Shown: positions 59,373 to 64,000 of the stretch, one piece after another | Layout: the number at the start of each line of letters is the position of its first letter | Position numbering within the stretch: position 1 is the first letter of the stretch | NCBI GenBank assembly: GCA_963701665.1 | Contig: OY969622.1 | Coordinates: 1,024,001-1,088,000 of the forward strand | Origin: Candidatus Babeliales bacterium | Lineage (GTDB): Bacteria > Babelota > Babeliae > Babelales > JANWKD01 | Length of the DNA stretch: 64,000 nt | Direction of reading: 5' to 3' | Translations under genes and position numbers: made by a program | The notes under the pieces: model-generated | Database searches by the model: none | What the model was told of the DNA's origin: nothing | The model's input: only the letters and a program-made list of their open reading frames with translations

Positions 59373-61466
59373 GTGTATAATAAAAAACTGTTGTTATTTT
59401 CAGTGTTTTCTTTTTCTGCTATAACTATGGCCCAAGAATGTCCCTTGAGCGAAAAAACATTATTATTTATTGATACGGGGTTTAATAATCCTTATTGTTA
59501 TGATTCGTTATTTACCCTCGCTCGTTCTGCGGGTTTTAACCCACTCTTTAAGCCATTTTATAACGTTAGCAAACAGGATCTTGTAGCATCCGACACGATT
59601 TTTTTTAACATTGATGGGTTATTCCTAAAAAATTATTTAGAAGCGCGATTACAAAAAAAAGAAGTCACGCATCCTGTTTTAGTGCGTATTCTCGCCCTTA
59701 TTGCAACCATTGCTCAAAGTTCCCATAAAACTATTACTTTATTGCTGCCGGAACTTAACATTAAACAAGAGGCATTTAACATCCTATTGCTTGAAGATTT
59801 AACACGGCTCTTTAACATTATCCCTCAAGAACAAGAAGCACGGATAAAACCTGCCATGAGCATTTTTTTTCATGAACTGTTACAACCAGATCATATAAAA
59901 AGTACCTCGTATAACACGGCACTATTACACACAAGAGAATCAAAAGAAATACAAAGCACGAACTTAGAGATAAAAGATCCAAATGATGATCAGATTATAG
60001 TAAAAACAGTGCCGCTATTTCAGTGCGATGGATTAAAAACATATCCTCTCGCCCTCTACACCAAAAATAATGCTATGGATAATCAGTTTTTTATAAGCAA
60101 AATAAGCTTATTAACATTCGCTGATATTAAAGAAAGTTTTGTTTATAATCCTATGGATTATCCACTAAGAACACTATTGCTTACCCAGTTACAGCAATTT
60201 TTATGTGTTGTATACCAATCGCATCTACACAAAAAATTACTCGATCCATGCCAACAAAATCTTGTATTGCCCTCGTTATTTAATCAACAGCGTGAAATGC
60301 AGCTCAAGGGAACGTTTGCAAACGAGCGTAATAAAAACACCGATCAAAAAAAATACGCGTGGGTTAATAAAGAAGAAATTTGGTGTGGCTGGGGCGGCCT
60401 TGAACAATATGAAAAAAAGGAACCTCAAGCCGTCGAGCATTTGGGTCAATCGGGCATTAATTTGTTATGGCTTGAATTAAATCCTGAATGGTATCTGGCT
60501 GAAAATGCGATGAGAAAAGATCAAAAAAATAAATTCCTCTCATCAATTGAAGCGTTCACTAAGGCATATGCTGCCTACAAGGAGAAAGAAGGCCTATCAT
60601 TGCCTCACTTTTTTGTAGGTACTGATATTACCAGTAATTTTCGAGTAACCCCCGTTAAACACCCCGTTCGTGATGTCTATGGAACGGTATATTCAAAAAT
60701 TCCCTGCCCCTTTGATGTTGAAAATTTTTGGCAACCCGAACTTTTTGATGTTTTAACCTCGTTCAAAAAAGAATGGCGAACTATTAATCATGGCGTTACT
60801 CTTGATGGCATCTTTCTAGATCTAGAAATGTATCATGCTCAGGATCAAAGCGGTCAATATACAACTGAGATGGATTTTTCAGATTATGCATGGAATTTAT
60901 ACGTTCAAGCAAAACAGAATCCCTCTTTAATGAAACTTACTTTTGAAAACCGTATCCGGTATTTACTTGATCAGCAGCAATTTGATGATTATTTTGCTTT
61001 CTTACATCATGAAGCTTTCAAAATAGGCAGGCTCATCAAAAATTATTGTCACCAAGAATTCCCACACGCCCTGTTAGGGGCATATAACATCCATCTGCCT
61101 CATGCATGGTTTTACCTAGGCTTGTTAGCAGGATTAAGCTCGCCACAAGATCCTCTCATTCTTGCTACCTTCAATAATGAATTCTATCGCCACTATAGCT
61201 GGTTACATCAGCAAAACATTTTTCTGTATCATATGCCCGTTTTATTGTTATCAAAGTTTAAAAAAATTGAGGATTTTGGGCTCATCAATGAGTTTGAAAA
61301 AACGCATGACGGTGCTTGGTTTAACCGAATATCGCGGCTTGAAGAATCACGCGACCCACAAACATGGCAATGGGATTACGGTGTTGAAACATCGCCTTTA
61401 TCAACGGAGATTGTAGTCAACCACATGAAACATGCTATTACCGAGTGTCAAAAAAATCTTAAATAA
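59373..61466 (+). CDS. Large exported protein, possible glycoside-hydrolase-like TIM barrel in the C-terminal half
   Basis: Signal peptide; GINLLWL, PCP..FW, LDGIFLDLEMY, DFSDYAW..Y pattern reminiscent of GH-like barrels (inference). Confidence 0.55.
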   Translation: MYNKKLLLFSVFSFSAITMAQECPLSEKTLLFIDTGFNNPYCYDSLFTLARSAGFNPLFKPFYNVSKQDLVASDTIFFNIDGLFLKNYLEARLQKKEVTHPVLVRILALIATIAQSSHKTITLLLPELNIKQEAFNILLLEDLTRLFNIIPQEQEARIKPAMSIFFHELLQPDHIKSTSYNTALLHTRESKEIQSTNLEIKDPNDDQIIVKTVPLFQCDGLKTYPLALYTKNNAMDNQFFISKISLLTFADIKESFVYNPMDYPLRTLLLTQLQQFLCVVYQSHLHKKLLDPCQQNLVLPSLFNQQREMQLKGTFANERNKNTDQKKYAWVNKEEIWCGWGGLEQYEKKEPQAVEHLGQSGINLLWLELNPEWYLAENAMRKDQKNKFLSSIEAFTKAYAAYKEKEGLSLPHFFVGTDITSNFRVTPVKHPVRDVYGTVYSKIPCPFDVENFWQPELFDVLTSFKKEWRTINHGVTLDGIFLDLEMYHAQDQSGQYTTEMDFSDYAWNLYVQAKQNPSLMKLTFENRIRYLLDQQQFDDYFAFLHHEAFKIGRLIKNYCHQEFPHALLGAYNIHLPHAWFYLGLLAGLSSPQDPLILATFNNEFYRHYSWLHQQNIFLYHMPVLLLSKFKKIEDFGLINEFEKTHDGAWFNRISRLEESRDPQTWQWDYGVETSPLSTEIVVNHMKHAITECQKNLK

Positions 61467-61540
61467 CCCTCACATCATTCCTCCATCAATGATATGCTAT
61501 GGTAAATTCATAGCAAAATATAATGAGGTGAGGCTTTGCC

Positions 61541-61864
61541 ATGAACAAAAAAAATCTTACGCTAATCCTGGTTCTTTCTTTCCCTACTTTCAGTTTTTGC
61601 ATGTACCATCGCTTTCTAATTATTCATAACGATCAAAAAGAGAGTATAAAAATTGAATTTTTTCGACCAGATGTAGGTTTTGGTGGTTCACATACCTGCA
61701 TAAAAGATGAAATTATACTACAGCCACAAGAATGGACGTTAGCCTCCATCGGAATAGCAAAACGCAAGCCATATTCATCAATGAGGTGCATTACTTCTAC
61801 TAAAAAATTTATTCTAAGAGTTCCTGAAGACGTCTCTCAAGTTAATATAAAAAACACACCCTAA
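61541..61864 (+). CDS. Small secreted-type hypothetical protein
   Basis: GAGG SD; signal peptide SFC|MYH. Confidence 0.55.
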   Translation: MNKKNLTLILVLSFPTFSFCMYHRFLIIHNDQKESIKIEFFRPDVGFGGSHTCIKDEIILQPQEWTLASIGIAKRKPYSSMRCITSTKKFILRVPEDVSQVNIKNTP

Positions 61865-61912
61865 TGCAGATACTTACGACAAAAATGCTTTATTAGGGTA
61901 TACTTATCTATT

Positions 61913-63784
61913 ATGATTACTATTAACAATCTTTCCCTTGAATTCGGTTCACGCAGCCTTTATAAAGGTATTTCATGCGCTATTAATGCCACTCAGCGCA
62001 TCGGTCTTGTTGGCCGTAATGGCGAGGGTAAATCAACCCTGCTTGAGCTTATTGCCCAAGCGAGTACAAAGCCCAGCTCAACGAGTGCAATCTCTGTCGC
62101 ACACGCCAAAAAAATAGTGTATTTACCACAAGAAGTCGTTTTAGCATCAGATAAAACTATCCTTGAAGAAACCTTTACGGCATTTGCCCGTGTATACGCG
62201 CTGCTTGAAGAGGCAAACAACCTTGAACTACTTCTTGAACAAGAACCAGAAAATAGTGTGTACGGGCAACAGTATAGTGATGTTCAGGCGGAACTCGCCC
62301 ATCACAATCCCGATAAAGCACGCTCAGAAGCAAAAGAAATGCTTATGGGACTCGGTTTTAGAGAAGAGCAGTTCAACCAACCCGTTGCGTCATTAAGCGT
62401 CGGTTGGAAAATGCGTATCGTACTGGCAAAATTATTGTTACAAAAAGCTGATTTTTATCTTTTAGATGAGCCGACGAACCATTTAGATATCGTTGCAAAA
62501 GATTGGTTTTTAAAGTTCCTCAAAAAGGCACCTTTCGGCTTCTTATTAGTGTGCCATGAACGGTATTTTTTGGATCAACTATGTTCCTCTATTCTTGAGC
62601 TTGAATTAGGAAACGCAAAAATGTATACCGGCAGCTTTAGCCAGTATCAAATACAAAAAGAACGTGATCGCGAACTGCTTGAAAAAGCATACCATGAACA
62701 GCAAAGAGAAATTAAAGCAAAACAAGAAACGATCGATCGATTCCGTGCAAAAGCATCAAAAGCGCGTATGGCGCAAAGTATGATCAAAGCACTCGACCGT
62801 ATTGAAAAAATTACCATGCCGCCCTCGCCTAGGAATATTCATATAACGTTCCCCCCTTTGCAAGCGTGCGCCAAAGTTGTTCTTGAAGCGCACGGATTGG
62901 CATTTGCTTTCAATGAAAAACGTATTTTTAATAATGTTTCTTTAACGATAGAACGAGGGAATAAAATTGCGCTCGTTGCAGCCAATGGTGTTGGAAAAAC
63001 TACGCTCTTTAACGTATTAACTGGCAAGTATAAACCACAGCAAGGCACTATTACCTTTGGCAACAATGTTAAGCCCGCCTTGTTTGAACAAGAGCAAACG
63101 GCCGCCCTTGAACTTGATAAAACCATTCTTGAAAACTTAGAAACTTCATGCCCTAATATTTCTTTGCAAACCATGCGAAGCTTTTTAGGAGCTTTTCTCT
63201 TTAGCGCTGAAGATAGTAAAAAAAAGGTCCGTGTATTAAGCGGTGGTGAAAAAAATAAAGTCGGTATGATAAAAGTCCTATTGCAAAACGCCAACTTTTT
63301 ACTCCTTGACGAGCCTACTAACCACCTTGATATCCCATCAAAAGAGATATTATTAAAAGCGCTTAAAGAGTATAAAGGCACTATCTTCTTCGTATCACAT
63401 GATCATAGTTTCATCAATGAACTTGCGACCCATATTATTGAACTTTCACGTGACGGTGCGCGAAAGTATGAAGGTAACTATGATTCATACCTTTATCACA
63501 AACAACTCATGCACTCCCAGACGGAGGAAACTATGGATAAACCTTCAAAAAATCTTCAAAAAAAGAGTCTTTCTACAAAAGAACAATTTGAGCGTATGAA
63601 AAAAATACGCGCCCTTGAAAAAAAAATTGAAGAACTAGAAGCAGCTATCGATTCACAAGGCTGTATTTTTGTAGAGCTTGTATTTGGGACACCAGAGTAT
63701 CAAGAAGCCGAAATTTCCCTAAAAAAGCTTAAACTTACCCTTGCAGCCTTGATGCTTGAATGGGAAGAGCTCAATGATAGGTAA
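61913..63784 (+). CDS. ABC-F family ATPase
   Basis: Two nucleotide-binding domains (GRNGEGKST/LSVGW/LLDEPTNHLD; AANGVGKTT/LSGGE/LLDEPTNHLD), no TM segments, C-terminal coiled coil. Confidence 0.95.
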   Translation: MITINNLSLEFGSRSLYKGISCAINATQRIGLVGRNGEGKSTLLELIAQASTKPSSTSAISVAHAKKIVYLPQEVVLASDKTILEETFTAFARVYALLEEANNLELLLEQEPENSVYGQQYSDVQAELAHHNPDKARSEAKEMLMGLGFREEQFNQPVASLSVGWKMRIVLAKLLLQKADFYLLDEPTNHLDIVAKDWFLKFLKKAPFGFLLVCHERYFLDQLCSSILELELGNAKMYTGSFSQYQIQKERDRELLEKAYHEQQREIKAKQETIDRFRAKASKARMAQSMIKALDRIEKITMPPSPRNIHITFPPLQACAKVVLEAHGLAFAFNEKRIFNNVSLTIERGNKIALVAANGVGKTTLFNVLTGKYKPQQGTITFGNNVKPALFEQEQTAALELDKTILENLETSCPNISLQTMRSFLGAFLFSAEDSKKKVRVLSGGEKNKVGMIKVLLQNANFLLLDEPTNHLDIPSKEILLKALKEYKGTIFFVSHDHSFINELATHIIELSRDGARKYEGNYDSYLYHKQLMHSQTEETMDKPSKNLQKKSLSTKEQFERMKKIRALEKKIEELEAAIDSQGCIFVELVFGTPEYQEAEISLKKLKLTLAALMLEWEELNDR

Positions 63785-63974
63785 AAAAAGGCAATTCTAT
63801 ACCTTATAATAACTACAATTAGCAAAAAACCCCTATAAAATAGCTATTTTATAAAAACCATTGATTTTCATATTGGATTTTTTGTACCATGGTAAGTGAG
63901 AGAATAGGTTCAATCCTATCTCTATACCTACTTTTGAGACCTAGACGCAAAAGAGTAAAAAAAAGGAGTTCATA

Positions 63975-64000
63975 ATGTCAAAGCATAATAATAATAAGCA
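63975..64000 (+). CDS. Start of a gene cut by the window end
   Basis: AAGGAG SD then ATG TCA AAG CAT...; candidate TTGATT-18-TACCAT promoter at 63861-63890. Confidence 0.45.

Noticed and set aside
62839..63381. 180-aa minus-strand ORF
   Set aside because: Typical antisense shadow of an ABC ATPase domain.

Overview
This is a 64 kb stretch of an AT-rich bacterial chromosome. By gene style it is most likely a protist-associated intracellular bacterium such as Candidatus Dependentiae/TM6 (inference). Scattered housekeeping genes are rsmA, mreB, tRNA-Ser, glmU, sbcD, two PPIases, comF, pgpA, lspA, pheT, trhO, murB, yhhQ-tgt, a TrmH-family methyltransferase, mraY, mnmG, lgt-dnaG-rpoD, a CNNM/HlyC protein and an ABC-F ATPase. 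They are interleaved with many signal-peptide-bearing, often eukaryote-like proteins (ankyrin, WD40, AAA, J-domain, macrodomain, M48 peptidase). Highlights: (1) a ~10 kb minus-strand cluster of an M48 peptidase, a mitochondrial ATAD3-like AAA ATPase and seven paralogs interlocked by identical 17-bp overlaps, with alternating and mosaic alleles; (2) a 'signal peptide then Met-[E/D/Q]' signature in ~20 unrelated putative effectors, several also carrying Elongin BC-box-like motifs; (3) a candidate polymorphic toxin-immunity pair behind a secreted-type AAA ATPase; (4) a dispersed palindromic MITE-like repeat with outer inverted repeats and nested inserts; (5) an 18-bp direct repeat bracketing a WD40 gene inserted after sbcD; (6) a Chlamydia-type queuine-salvage YhhQ/TGT pair; (7) rpoD split by two single-base insertions, probably a sequencing error. 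No CRISPR array, rRNA, transposase, integrase or reverse transcriptase was seen.
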